In this document: one piece after another, positions 1 to 13,395 of the stretch
How the letters are laid out: every line of letters begins with the position of its first letter
How positions within the stretch are numbered: the stretch's first letter is position 1
Assembly: GCF_006345805.1 (NCBI RefSeq)
Contig: NC_043018.1
Span: 15,376,001-15,440,000 of the forward strand
DNA: 64,000 bases
Reading direction: 5' to 3'
DNA from: Octopus sinensis
Lineage: Eukaryota
The notes under the pieces: model-generated
What the model was told of the DNA's origin: nothing
Seen by the model: only the letters and a program-made list of their open reading frames with translations
Databases searched by the model: none
Translations under genes and position numbers: made by a program

Positions 1-700
1 CCCCTGATCATTGATTTTGTGATGGCTGAAACAAAGGAACTGTGTGCTTCCATGAAATTCTGTTTTCTCCTGGGGAAAACAGCAGCCAAAAACAGTCGTC
101 ATGCTTCTAAGGATGCTTCCATGAACAAAACACAAGTTTATGAGTGGTTTCCATGCTTTAGGAATGGTTACTTGTTGCTTGAAAACCAACCTCATTCAAA
201 TTGACCATGGACCTCCTGAACGAATGAAAACATCATGAAAATTCATGAACTGCCCTTTGAGGACCATCACTAAACAATTGATGAATTTGTTGACATGACT
301 GATGTGTCCTGGAGCTCCTGCCAACAAATTTTGAGTGGGGAATTCTAAACGAAAATGTTGCAGCAAAATTTGTGCCTCACTTGCTCACAGATCAAAAGCA
401 GTCATGGCTGAATGCATGTCATGAACTGAAAGAATAGTTAAAAGTTGACCCACACCTTTTTTTGAAGGTCATCACTGGTGACAAAAGCAGGTGTAATGGA
501 ATTCCCAGATGTAGAAGAGGTGAAGAAAGAAATTATGGAAGCATTATAAGGCATCATTTTGCAAGAGTTCCAGCACTGCTTCAAACTGTGCACACCTGGA
601 ACAATGCATTGCTTCAAATGGAGAATACTTTGAAGGCAATGGAAAACTATGTGAATAAAAAATATTGCAAAATTCTGCTTTCTTTTGAATACCCCTTGTA
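1..700 (+). mobile_element. Tc1/mariner transposon remnant, internally deleted and frameshifted
   Basis: Fragments read TQVYEWF, KFVPHLLT, KVITGD and a C-terminal NGEYFEG; the central catalytic region appears missing; ends ttttgaataccccttgTA. Confidence 0.75.
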
Positions 701-2134
701 GTCCATATTTCAGCGATTTTGTGGTCAATTGGCAGAAGCGTTAGAACTGTGGACAAAATACTTTTCAAGAGTTTTGTAGTTCTTTATATTCTGAGCTCAA
801 ATCCTTCAGCAGTTAGTTTTACTTTCATTCTTATGGGTTCAATAAAATATAGCACCAGTCACATGCATATTGTCATAATTGTAGATACCAATATAACTAG
901 AAAGTTTTGTGGTAATTCTATTCATTGTTTACTGTTTTAGTAGCCAGGCAGATTTTGTGGTGGAATAATTGCCCGTCCCTAGTTCACATGATGGTATCTT
1001 GAAATAAGACTATTGGAAGGCAACAAGAAACTCTTTGGCTTATTCTTTTACTCTTTTATTTGTTTCAGTCAGCTGACTGCAGCCATGTTGGAGTACTGCC
1101 TTCAATGGTCTTTTAGTCAAAGGAATTGACCAGGACTTATTCTTTGTAAGCCTAGTACAAATCCTGTCATGTCCTTCTTTAGTGATAGACTTAACCTGGT
1201 ACCATGAGTACCTTTAGAAGAGCCAACTTTGTTGCTAGCCCCCAACCAAGTTTTTAGTTTGAGGCTACCTCTCCAAAGGTTCTTATTTCAAATCAAGAGA
1301 TCGCAAATTATTAAGAACAGTCACATGGTTTGCATAATTTGTTGATTGCTACTTATATAAGACTAGCTTAAAAGTTACACTCTGTGCAAACTTTTAAGCT
1401 AGCTCCTGTGATGGGCTAATTGGGCCTACAGCCATAAACTAAAGGAAGCAATAATAAAGCATTTATTGGTACCCAATCAATATGATATTACTTTAAATTT
1501 AGTTCAAATGAAAAACTTGTAAGTTCACAAATTTTGGGGGCTTTTTTTTTAAATTCGAATTTTCAAGTGTTAGCATGTAACAAATCCCCATCCAGACTTG
1601 TTCCCAATGCTTGATGTTCAAGAACCAAATGAAGGGCAGATTTTCGATCCCGGGACCATCCTGATTCCAAAAAGATATAATATGTCTATTTAGAACAAAT
1701 GAACAGACAGAATTTCACATTTATTATTATAGATAAAGTTTGGATTTTGAAATCTTACTTAAGGAGAAGGAAGATATTCCTAATATCGTCTGAGACTGGT
1801 AAGAAATAAACAGTAGAGTTCTGACTGGAATGCTTGCAACAAAGTGAACTTCATTAAAAGCAGCTACAGATGGAGCTGTGGTGTTAAACCATGCAATTAG
1901 GTCTATCTTCCAACAACAATATGTCCAACTGACAAGATTCTGCACAGTTTTCTCTGAAATTTCACCTGCAATGAGAGAAAGAAGCCAAAGCTAAAGTATT
2001 AGGTACCTGTTAGATAAACCCCTAAATGGAGTCTCCAACCTTAGTCACTTGGCTTGCAATAAACAGCTGCCTAATCCCTCTCAAATCACATATTACCACC
2101 TTAGAAAAAACAATACCTTGGATAATATGATTTT

Positions 2135-2527
2135 GATCAGAATCGAAATCGATCAATGGAAATTGCAGATGTGTTACCAGTGCCGGTAGCATGTAAGAGA
2201 ACTTTCCGTTTCGCGACCGTTGCCAGCACCGCCCCGTTTCGTGTCCGTTGCCAGCCTCGCCTGGCCCTCGTGCCGGTGGCACATAAAAAGCACCATCCGT
2301 TCGTGGCCGTTTGCCAGCTCTGTCTGGCACCAGTGCGGGTGGCACGTAAAAAGCACCCACTACACTCACAGAGTGGTTGGCGTTAGGAAGGGCATCCAGC
2401 CGTAGAAACACTGCCAGATTTGACTGGGCCTGATGAAGCCTTCTGGCTTCACAGACCCCAGTAGAACCGTCCAACCCATGCTAGCATGGAAAACGGACGC
2501 TAAACGATGATGATGATGATGATGATG
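2135..2527 (+). mobile_element. Repeat family B (RTE-tail non-autonomous element), long form with internal subrepeats
   Basis: Starts gatcagaatcgaaatcgatc; subrepeats of ccggtggcac(a/g)taaaaagcacc; ends ...aaaacggacgctaaac(gat)n. Confidence 0.8.
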
Positions 2528-2719
2528 TGGCACTTGTCTAGAAACAGACAACTGGTTATAATTGGAATGCTTTCCACTGTAGGTATGATTGTTTAAAGCA
2601 GACTCAGGGCTAAACAACAACAATTCTTATAACAGATACAGAAAATGCAATCTTTAGCACTTAATACTGTGGATCAGTATAGTTATAGCTTCAGTTTTTT
2701 TCTTATTTTATTTTTACAG

Positions 2720-2894
2720 ATGACTGATGATACAAGGTGGGAACATATTGTAAGTGAAAGCATTAAGGAACAATGTGAACTAGTCGTTCAGAGCAATATA
2801 AGTTTGTGGACTAAAGATGGTCAACTCCCATTAGATGTTACACAACATTTTTGTCCTACTGTCCGATGTCAAAGCCATGGTACCTGCGTAAATG
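2720..2894 (+). CDS. Exon 1 in window: MTDDTRW...[15 protein letters not shown] (post-VWD helical region and start of EGF)
   Basis: ttttacag|ATG ... AATG|gtaagc; 175 nt; phase 0-1. Confidence 0.9.
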
Positions 2895-3523
2895 GTAAGC
2901 TCTTGTACAATTAATCCTTGCCAAATAAATAAATAAATAAATAAATAACCTTAACAAGTGACAGTGAAGTGGGGTGGGAGCCCAACAAGCAGCAAATGTA
3001 TGTATGACTAGCTGTTTGGTTGAGGGGTTTACTTCACAAGCATGTGATTTTGGGGGTTCAATTAAAGGGACTCTTAAGGCAAAAGTTCCTATTATTGCCT
3101 CACATTGAAAAATATGTAAGTCGAAATTATTGTGTTAAGCCTATATTTGTCATTTAAGGTCTGTTTTCCATACTGGAATGAGTCGTATGATTTGACAGGA
3201 TCCGACAAGCTACCGTACAGTATCAGGCCCCAGGTATATCTGTGTGTGTATGTCTATTTGCCTTTATTTCTGTGTATATCCTGAAGCAATTTATAAGGAT
3301 GTAAGAAAACCAAAGAAATATTATGGTCTATGGACAAGAACCTTTGTTTAGATGTTAGAAGCTTTTTTGTCACTGTTGCTTACAGAAATGCTATGAAGCA
3401 GAGACTGGTCAGTGAGCTATTGATCACAAATTGAGATATAAAATAAATAAATAATTGTTGTCAGATTTCAAACCCCATATCCATATCAAAGGCCAGCTGT
3501 TATTGCTGTTGTTGTTGTTGTTG

Positions 3524-3575
<52 letters not shown>

Positions 3576-6500
3576 CATTATTATTATTATTACAGGAACC
3601 TGTATATGTAGTGAAGGGTATGCTGGAGTTGACTGTTCAGAAAATATAAAAAAACCTCCAGAGTTGATGTTAATAGAATCTGATGGATTCTGTGATGAAC
3701 AATTAATGGCATGTGATTCTCTCATTGTGTATGGAAAAAATGTCCCCAGCAACCAAAATTTAACATGTGTTTTCAAAATTCATAAAGTAAGTTTTTAATA
3801 TTGCTTTTTAGTTTGCTAATTAAGGGATCATATATATATTATGAATTTGTATCTTCATACAAAAGTTGCTCATTATACAAGAGGCAGCACAGAAGTCAAC
3901 AACACTCTTTATCCTGATGATGATGATGATGATGATGATGTTAAGAAATGTCCATATAAAATGAATTTAGGAAAATTATTGTTTCAAACAAACTGCAAGG
4001 GGCTGATATGAAAATATGAAAACCCATAAAAGAAAAGATTAAATTGGAATACAGTCATATTTGCAGTAATGCATATCTAAAAGAAAAGCTATTCCCCATC
4101 TCTAAATATATCATTGTCATCATCATTTAACGTTCCTTTTTCTGTGCTGGCATGGGTTGGATGATTTGACATGGAAAGACAAGCCAGAAAGCTGCACTGA
4201 GTTCCAATGTCTACTTTGGCATGGCTTCTACAGTTACATACCCTTCCTAATGCCAACTACTTCACAAATTGTACAGGGCACTTTTTGTGATGTGTATATA
4301 CAAGAGTGCAAGCCCAAAGGTTAAGGTGTTGCACACATGATCCCAAGATCATGGTTTCAGTTCCTGGTCTGAGCATCATGCTGTGTTCTTGAGCAAAACC
4401 TTCATCTCACATTGCTCTGTGTTCATTTCAACATTTGGACGTTTCGTACTTCATACATCTGAACAGGCAATGTTAATTTTATAGAGGGACTGAGCAAATG
4501 TACCACACAGACATCATCATCATCATTGTTCGACCATGGTTGAGACAATGGAATTTACCATGCTACGCCAGACTTCACGGTCCATCATGGCATTACGGAG
4601 GTCCTGTTGCTGGATGCCTGTATCCCTGGAGACTACATCAGGGTAGGAGAGTGTGCGCCCTCTGGTATTGCGAGTAGATGGCTTCCAGAGGAGAAGAGTA
4701 GAAATTACTTCTTTTTCAGCTCTACAACAATGTCCAGCAAACTGGACTCTCCTACCTTTCACAAGAGATGACATAGGTGGTAGTTTCCCATATATTTGCA
4801 TTTTAGTTGGATGGCACTTCCACGAGAGATTTTGAGCTCTCATAAGGAGGCGAGTGTAGGTTCCATCCAACTGCCTCTCAAGCTTCTTTGATAACGTCCA
4901 GGTTTCTGAGCCATATAGTAGAATTGGTTCGACTGTGGCTTTGAATATTTCAAGTTTGAAGTCTCTACTTAGATTTGATGACCAGATCTTATGCATGTCA
5001 TTACAGGCTGACCAGGCCATACCCTTTCTATAAACAAATCATCTGTGCAAGTTGTTCTCCATGGAATTTCAGAACCCTCTTCTAATTGATTTTACCACAT
5101 AATATAAGTCTTGAGAAGATACAATATTTGCCTGGAAATTTTCTTTATGTCTCTCTTCACTGGTTGTGAAACCTATGTGAAACCCCAAGGCTGAGGTTGT
5201 AACATAATACAAACCAAGTTAGTTATTGTGTTGTCTGAGCATTTTAACTTTTTCTTTGTTTTTCTTTTAGCAACTTAGTGACAAGGTAAGATTTTTTATG
5301 CAGATGTAGGCATATTTCTAACGAGTAGTTGCATATTGTAGTAGTGCATTGTAATATATAATAATAATAATCAAAACTACTATTTAATGACCTTCTTTCT
5401 TACCAAGGCTGGGAGATCAAGAGAGGAGCAAGGAAATCAGGGTGTTCATGCCTTTACCAAAGGCCTTAACAACCTAATATGCAGTGGAGAAGTGAAACTG
5501 ATATCTCCAACATGAAATCAAATCTGAGACTAAGCCTTAGTTGGTTGAAAACTTACTGCCTTTCTCTTTAATTTCACAGATAAAAGAAATAAAACTAATA
5601 ACAACAACAATAATAATAATAATTAAAAAATGATGATAATGCCTAATTGGATCCATGGACATTTCTTAGAAAATATAACACTGTGTAACGTGACTTTTGT
5701 CATTGTGTAACAACTGTTATTCCCTATTTGCTGACCCCTAGAAAGTATGAAAAATGGCTAATATTTCCTTTGAACTTTGTTTTTGTTACATTTATTCAAA
5801 CCCCAAAGAATTCCTCTCAACACATGGCTCTGGAGCTCCCCAACTACTTGTGCTCTTGATCAGAGATGCACTAAGGGACATGCTCAAGTGGTCATGGTCA
5901 GGTAAATGACAAATCTGAGAATATTTGCTATATTCGCTATAGCAACCTTTCTGCTTCAGTAACTCTGCACTGAATCTGTCTGAAATGTAATGGAAAATAG
6001 CTCAGATTCAAAACATTGATGTCCACGTCTCAAAAGCAAAGTTTGAAGGAAATAATTGTCATTTCTTTGATTTCTAGAGTGAATCAAATAGGAAATAACA
6101 CTCACTGACCAAAAACAAAAGTGAAAAATACAAATATTGTTGCACAGTGTAATTTACTCATCTCTATCCTAAAACCACTCTAAAGAGAATGAATATTAAC
6201 AGTCACCCAGAATGGACAATAAAATGTTGCCTCTTTTATGATGACATCTCGCAATGTCATCACAATCAACATTTACCATTCTCTTCAACAAAGTCATTGC
6301 TGCCTGGGCTACAACCAGTGACAAATATCAACACCACCACTGCCACTACCACCACCACTACTACTACCACCACCACCACCACCACCACCACCACCACCAA
6401 GACCACCACTACTACCACTGCCACCAGCACTACAACCACCACCACCACCACCACTGCTACCACCACCACCACCACCACCACCACCACCACCACTGCTACT

Positions 6501-9500
6501 ACCACCACCACTGCCACTACCACCACTACTTCCATCACCTCTGCAACCATCACTACTACCATCACCAACTCTACTGCCACCATAACCACCACCACCTTCT
6601 CTACCAATACCATCACTACAACCACCACCACAACCACTACCACCACTACAACCACCTCTACAGCCACCACTATTACCACAACCACAACCACTACCACCAC
6701 TACAACCGCCTCTACAGCCACCACTATTACCACCACCACAACCACTACCACCACTACAACCACCTCTACAGCCACCACTATTACCACCACCACAACCACT
6801 ACCACCACTACAACCGCCTCTACAGCCACCACTATTACCACCACCACCACCACCACCACCACCACCACCACCACCACCACTGCTACTACCACCACCACTG
6901 CCACTACCACCACTACTTCCATCACCTCTGCAACCATCACTACTACCATCACCAACTCTACTGCCACCATAACCACCACCACCTTCTCTACCAATACCAT
7001 CACTACAACCACCACCACAACCACTACCACCACTACAACCACCTCTACAGCCACCACTATTACCACACCACAACCACTACCACCACTACAACCGCCTCTA
7101 CAGCCACCACTATTACCACCACCACCACTGCTACTACCACCACCACCACCACAACCACTACCACCACTACAACCACCTCTACAGCCACCACTATTACCAC
7201 AACCACTACCACCACTACAACCACCTCTACAGCCACCACTATTACCACAACCACTACCACCACTACAACCGCCTCTACAGCTACCACTATTACCACAACC
7301 ACTACCACCACTACAACCGCCTCTACAGCTACCACTATTACCACAACCACAACCACTACCACAACCATCATTTCTATGGCCATCAACATTGCCAGATACA
7401 TTTGTTGTTTTCTCTTTTGGGTGATTTTTAACTGTCCATTCTCTTTATTTCTCTCTCTTGCTTTCATTTTCTCTTCTATATTTCACACTCTTTCTCTTTC
7501 TTTTCTTCTCTCTCTTTCTAATGATATCGATATCTCCTTAATGTAATCATTCCTTTCATATTTTCTTCTCTCTTTCTTTCTCTTTCGGTCTTTCTCTCAC
7601 TCTTTCAATCTACATATCTTTGTGCAGTAATCCCCCACCATATTGCAGTTCACCTATCACAGTTCAACTATCATTGTTTATTATTTAAGCTTATGTTGAT
7701 TCTTCTGTGGTGTTCTTTTACATTTATAATAAAATAAGTCTATACAAATTATAAAAATAATAAAAAAGAATATACAGTACAGCGCTATGTCTACTTCACC
7801 CGCATTGAGACCCCCTTCGGTCATGAACGACCATGGGATTGCACCTAGAAAGTTACCCTCCCAGGCACAAGTCTGAGCAAGGTTGTTTATGGAAGACCAG
7901 CAGTCACTCCGCACACCGGCCTCCCCTTTCCACATCACCGATGTTATCCAAGAGAAAGGCAAAGGGGCCGATACAGCTTGGCACCTGTGACGTCGCAACT
8001 CATTTCTACAGCTGAGTGAACTGGAGCAACGTGAAATAAAGTGCCTTACTAAAGAACACAACACACAGCCCGGTCCGTGAGTCGAACTCACAGCCTCACA
8101 ATCGTAAGCTCGACACTCTAACCACTGAGCCATGCACCCACAATAGTCAAGGGATTACTGTATTTCTATTTTTCTCTCTCTTTCTCTCTATATATCTATT
8201 TATTTATCTTTATAGTTCTCTCTCTTGCTACTAGCACCACCACCACTAAATCTCTCCTTTGACTTACTTTCTGTTAGCATGCCTTTACACAAGTGACTAG
8301 TCGATAGTTACATAGTCACAGACAACAGTATTAATAAGAAAAACGAAATACCCAGTAACTCATTTTATAGGATAACAGTGACATTTTTGATAAAAATGCA
8401 AAGATAAAGAAATAATTCCAAATAACTCAAGCAGTGCTATAACCATTTAATGTAAAACCATAAAGCATTTTTGGGAGAAATCCTGAGTGATCTTAGCTTG
8501 TAGGGTAGTCCCTAGAGAATCCATGGGGTTGCCAAGACTTTCTTCAGGATTAACCTGGTAAACTTGGAGTCAATGCCAGGCTTTATTACCCAACAACAGA
8601 AGTGCAAGTTGAAGTACCAGTTACTCTCCAATAAATTTCTTTTTGAATCTACGAAGGTTTGCCCAGTGTCCTGCATTATCTCCCTTCTTACTTTGATCAG
8701 GATAGAGATTACTATCTGCAAGTATGAGCCCTGCAAGGTCAAATGGTTTTTTTTTATTTAGTCCATCTCCCTCACCATTCTCCAGAGTAATATAATTGCT
8801 GGTTTGTCTGCTCAGACTATGAAATGTTTGCATGATTTGCTGTCAAGTATATTTCACAATAAATAAAGCATTTAGATTATATAATAAAGTTATTTTATAC
8901 AATAAATATGCAGGTTAAAACATTAGAGGACCCTTAAGCCTTTGGCAGTGAAATTTTCAAAATTAACGAAGTAAAACAGTCAGAGAAAGATGGGTGGTGC
9001 AGTGAAAGTTGCGTGGGGCAATGTTATTGTTTTCTTATACTAAATTAAATGTAAATTGTTAGAATCTGTGGATTATTGAACAAAAACCCTGATTTACTTT
9101 TCATTCTTCTGATCTTGATAAAATATGAACTGGGCTAGTTTGTTAGAGCTGGTCAAGTAAACTTCACTTTTGAAAAAGGCAATTTATCAAAGCAATTATA
9201 GTAGAAGAATAATCAGAAATTGAGTTGCAGGACCCATGATATTTTTAGGTTCTTCAATAGTAGTTGGATCATTGTAAAGAATACCAGCAATACATATCCA
9301 TATAAACATAGACAGAGGAGCTGCATGTGTCCCAAGGGCTTAAAGCACTGAAGAGTCTTGCAGTGATGTAAACTGGGTTACTAATCACCAGCTAAAGGCA
9401 TAAACAATCCTCCAATGGGCTTCACACAGTTTCTGTTTATCACATTTCACAAACAAGGCCTTGGATAACACAAAGTTACAAATGCCTAAGGTGATGTACG

Positions 9501-10463
9501 ATGGGTCAACCCTCAATCACATGAAATATCAAGTTTTTTTCTTTGTTATTTCAAAATACTAACTAAAGGATATGGCTCAGTGGTTATTAAAATGTTTGCC
9601 TCATGATCACAAAATCTTTGGTTCAATCCTGCAGTGTGACATCTTGGTCAAGGGTCCTTTATTTAGCTTTATGTTGTGAATGAAAGTGGGTCAAGGGAAA
9701 TTGTATGAAAGCCAATGAAAGGGATTGTATTTGTATTTTAAAGGTCGAGCCTTGATAGCTCAAGTCAAGATAATTCTACCTTAGAACTATGTTAAGGTTA
9801 CAGATGTCTAAGGAATACTCAGCTAGTTTCATGCTATTTCAGTGGGCAGAAAGTGAGCAAACAACTATATAACAATCATCAAAATCATCTGTAATTTATT
9901 TATTTATTTATTGTCTGTATTAACAAACCTACATCTGTGGGGTCATTGGCATGTTGGATAGAATGCCACATGGTATCTGCTCCATATCTCTCTACTCTTT
10001 CACTGTCGGATTTGAACTCAAAACATGGAAATCTATTTGCAAATATGACAGATCAGTTAGTCTAATGTTCTAATGATTCTGACAGTAGTAATAGTATTAA
10101 CAGTAGTAGTAGTATCAGTAGTAGTAGTAGTAGTAGAAGTAATGATAATAACAATAATGATTTCTTTCAGTTGCAGGTCAAAAGCTGATGTTGGAAAACT
10201 GATTTTAATATAATGTTTAATTCATGATGTTATTTAGTCTTTTTTTTTGTTTTTTTGCTTTATTTTTAAAACACATTTATTTATTTTCACGAAGAGGATT
10301 CTTAAAAGCCTAAGTTAAAAATGAAGCACATGTTTGAAGATCTGTATTCTTTTATGTTTTTTTCTAATCATAAAACTTGATTTTTTAATATGTAACATAA
10401 CTTTATTACACACAACACATGCAACATGTATTGCCACAAAACATATACATATATATCATAAAA

Positions 10464-10534
<71 letters not shown>

Positions 10535-11396
10535 ATGTATGTATATATATGTGTGTGTATGTATGTATATATATATGTATGTATGTATGTATGTATATAT
10601 ATATATATATATATACAGGTGCAGGCATGGCTGTGTGGTAAAAAGGTTGCTTCCCAACCACATGCTTCCAGATTCAGTCCCACTGTACAGTATTACTTTA
10701 CTACAGGTAAATTGGGTTCTTATCCTACATTGATCATAAATCAAGTGACCCCTAAAAATTTTATCATATCCCAAGCAGTTTGCTAATTGTGATATTCCAG
10801 ATTCAGTCCCACTGTACAGTATTACTTTACTACAGGTAAATTGGGTTCTTATCCTACATTGATCATAAATCAAGTGACCCCTAAAAATGTTATCATATCC
10901 CAAGCAGTTTGCTAATTGTGATATTGATTTCTTTTGGTTTGGAAACTATACAAAATTTGCTTCTTTCAGTTTTCTTTTAACTTTACACTGGGTTAAAATG
11001 AATATGAGCAATGACCACAGAGTGATATAAAATATGATTGCAATGTCCTTCTTTACTTTTATTTTTTCTTTTGTTTTTATCAAAATCAGCAGTTTTCTGA
11101 ATTTCTACACTGCTTGAAACAAAAAGATGTACCATTTCTACTCTTGGTTTTCTATGATTTAACACAAAAGCACCCTAACAAATGGGCTTCCTTTACTTTA
11201 GGATTCAAAACAGAAATTTCAGAAAAACCAAACCAAAACTAACCAATGCAAACAAATGCAAATTGCAAAGCTCAGGTCAACAAAGAATCAGTTAAATTAG
11301 TAATGTTAGATCAGAGGTCCAAATTTGAATAAGCATACATATACCTTATTTGGAATATAGTCTGTGAAAGTTGGGGCTGCATTTTTGTATTTTATG

Positions 11397-11439
<43 letters not shown>

Positions 11440-11500
11440 ATCTATACTGAGTCCTTTATTCAGTGCATTTACTTGAAAGCATAAACTTTAAACAAATGAT

Positions 11501-11542
<42 letters not shown>

Positions 11543-13333
11543 CACAATTCTATGACATAAGCTTATATATTTTGTATATTTTATATATTTTGTATATTAT
11601 ATTAATTATTTTTTATTTTTATGTTTTGGTTTATGTTTTTCACTGCTTGATTTGCCTAATAGTGGGTTTTATCTCTAATTTTTCCCTGTAAGTTTGGATT
11701 TACTCCCTAATATTTTATCTCTAATTAAATTGATAAATTACGTTTATTGAGTGAAAAATTTCTCAATTTCGTATTTATGGAATTTACAGGTAAGATAGAA
11801 CTACTATTTTGGCATTCATCTTTGAAGAATATTCCAATACCCTCTAGAAAAGAATATATTTTGAAACTTATTAATAATATTAAGGATTTTTTTCCTAGAA
11901 TTAAGTGGAAAATATGAATTGATAATTTTAATTTTAAATTTAAATAATTTAAATTTTTTAATTTTATATTTTATATATTTTGTATATTATATTATATTAT
12001 TTTTTATTTTTATGTTTTGGTTTATGTTTTTCACTGTTTGATTTGCCTATTGTGGGTTTTATCTCTAATTTAATTTATATTTATACTGTGAAATTAGATT
12101 TAATCCTAAATCTAATTTTTCCCTGTAAGTTTGGATTTACTCCCTAATATTATTATTATAATTAATATATTGATAAATTACGTTTATTGAGTGTAATATC
12201 TCAATTTCGTAAGTTATGGAATTTACAGGTAAGATAGAACCGCTATTTTGGAATTCATCTTTGAAAGATATTCCAATACCCTCTAGAAAAGAATATATTT
12301 TGAAACTTAATAATATTAAGGATTTTGTTTCTAGAATTAAATGGAAAATATAAATTAATAATTTTAATTTTAAATTTAAATAATTTAAATTTTTAAATTT
12401 TATATTTTATATATTTTGTATATTATATTATATTATTTTTTATTTTTATGTTTTGTTTATGTTTTTCACTGCTTGATTTGCCTAATAGTGGGTTTTATCT
12501 CTAATTTTTCCCCGTAAGTTTGGATTTACTCCCTAATATTTTATCTCTAATTAAATTGATAAATTACGTTTATTGAGTGAAAAATTTCTCAATTTCGTAT
12601 TTATGGAATTTACAGGTAAGATAGAACTACTATTTTGGCATTCATCTTTGAAGAATATTCCAATACCCTCTAGAAAAGAATATATTTTGAAACTTATTAA
12701 TAATATTAAGGATTTTTTTCCTAGAATTAAGTGGAAAATATGAATTGATAATTTTAATTTTAAATTTAAATAATTTAAATTTTTTAATTTTATATTTTAT
12801 ATATTTTGTATATTATATTAATTATTTTTTATTTTCATGTTTTGGTTTATGTTTTTCACTGTTTGATTTGCCTATTGTGGGTTTTATCTCTAATTTAATT
12901 TATATTTATACTGTGAAATTAGATTTAATCCTAAATCTAATTTTTCCCTGTAAGTTTGGATTTACTCCCTAATATTATTATTATAATTAATATATTGATA
13001 AATTACGTTTATTGAGTGTAATATCTCAATTTCGTAAGTTATGGAGTTTACAGGTAAGATAGAACCGCTATTTTGGAATTCATCTTTGAAAGATATTCCA
13101 ATACCCTCTAGAAAAGAATATATTTTGAAACTTAATAATATTAAGGATTTTGTTTCTAGAATTAAATGGAAAATATAAATTAATAATTTTAATTTTAAAT
13201 TTAAATAATTTAAATTTTCAAATTTTATATTTTATATATTTTGTATATTATATTAATTATTTTTTATTTTCATGTTTTGGTTTATGTTTTTCACTGTTTG
13301 ATTTGCCTAATTGTAGTTTATACCTCTAATTTA

Positions 13334-13395
<62 letters not shown>

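Noticed and set aside
2428-2460. CTGATGA followed by a hairpin in family B
   Set aside because: No GAAA after the stem and no stem I or III, so not a hammerhead.
1-2719. Search for the upstream WPT-type exon or a start codon with signal peptide
   Set aside because: None found. Exon 1 is internal (phase 0 acceptor), so the 5' part of the gene lies outside the window.
6254-7546. His-rich (430 aa), Val-rich and Gly-rich ORFs
   Set aside because: Alternative frames and strands of the (ACC)n repeat; no independent support.
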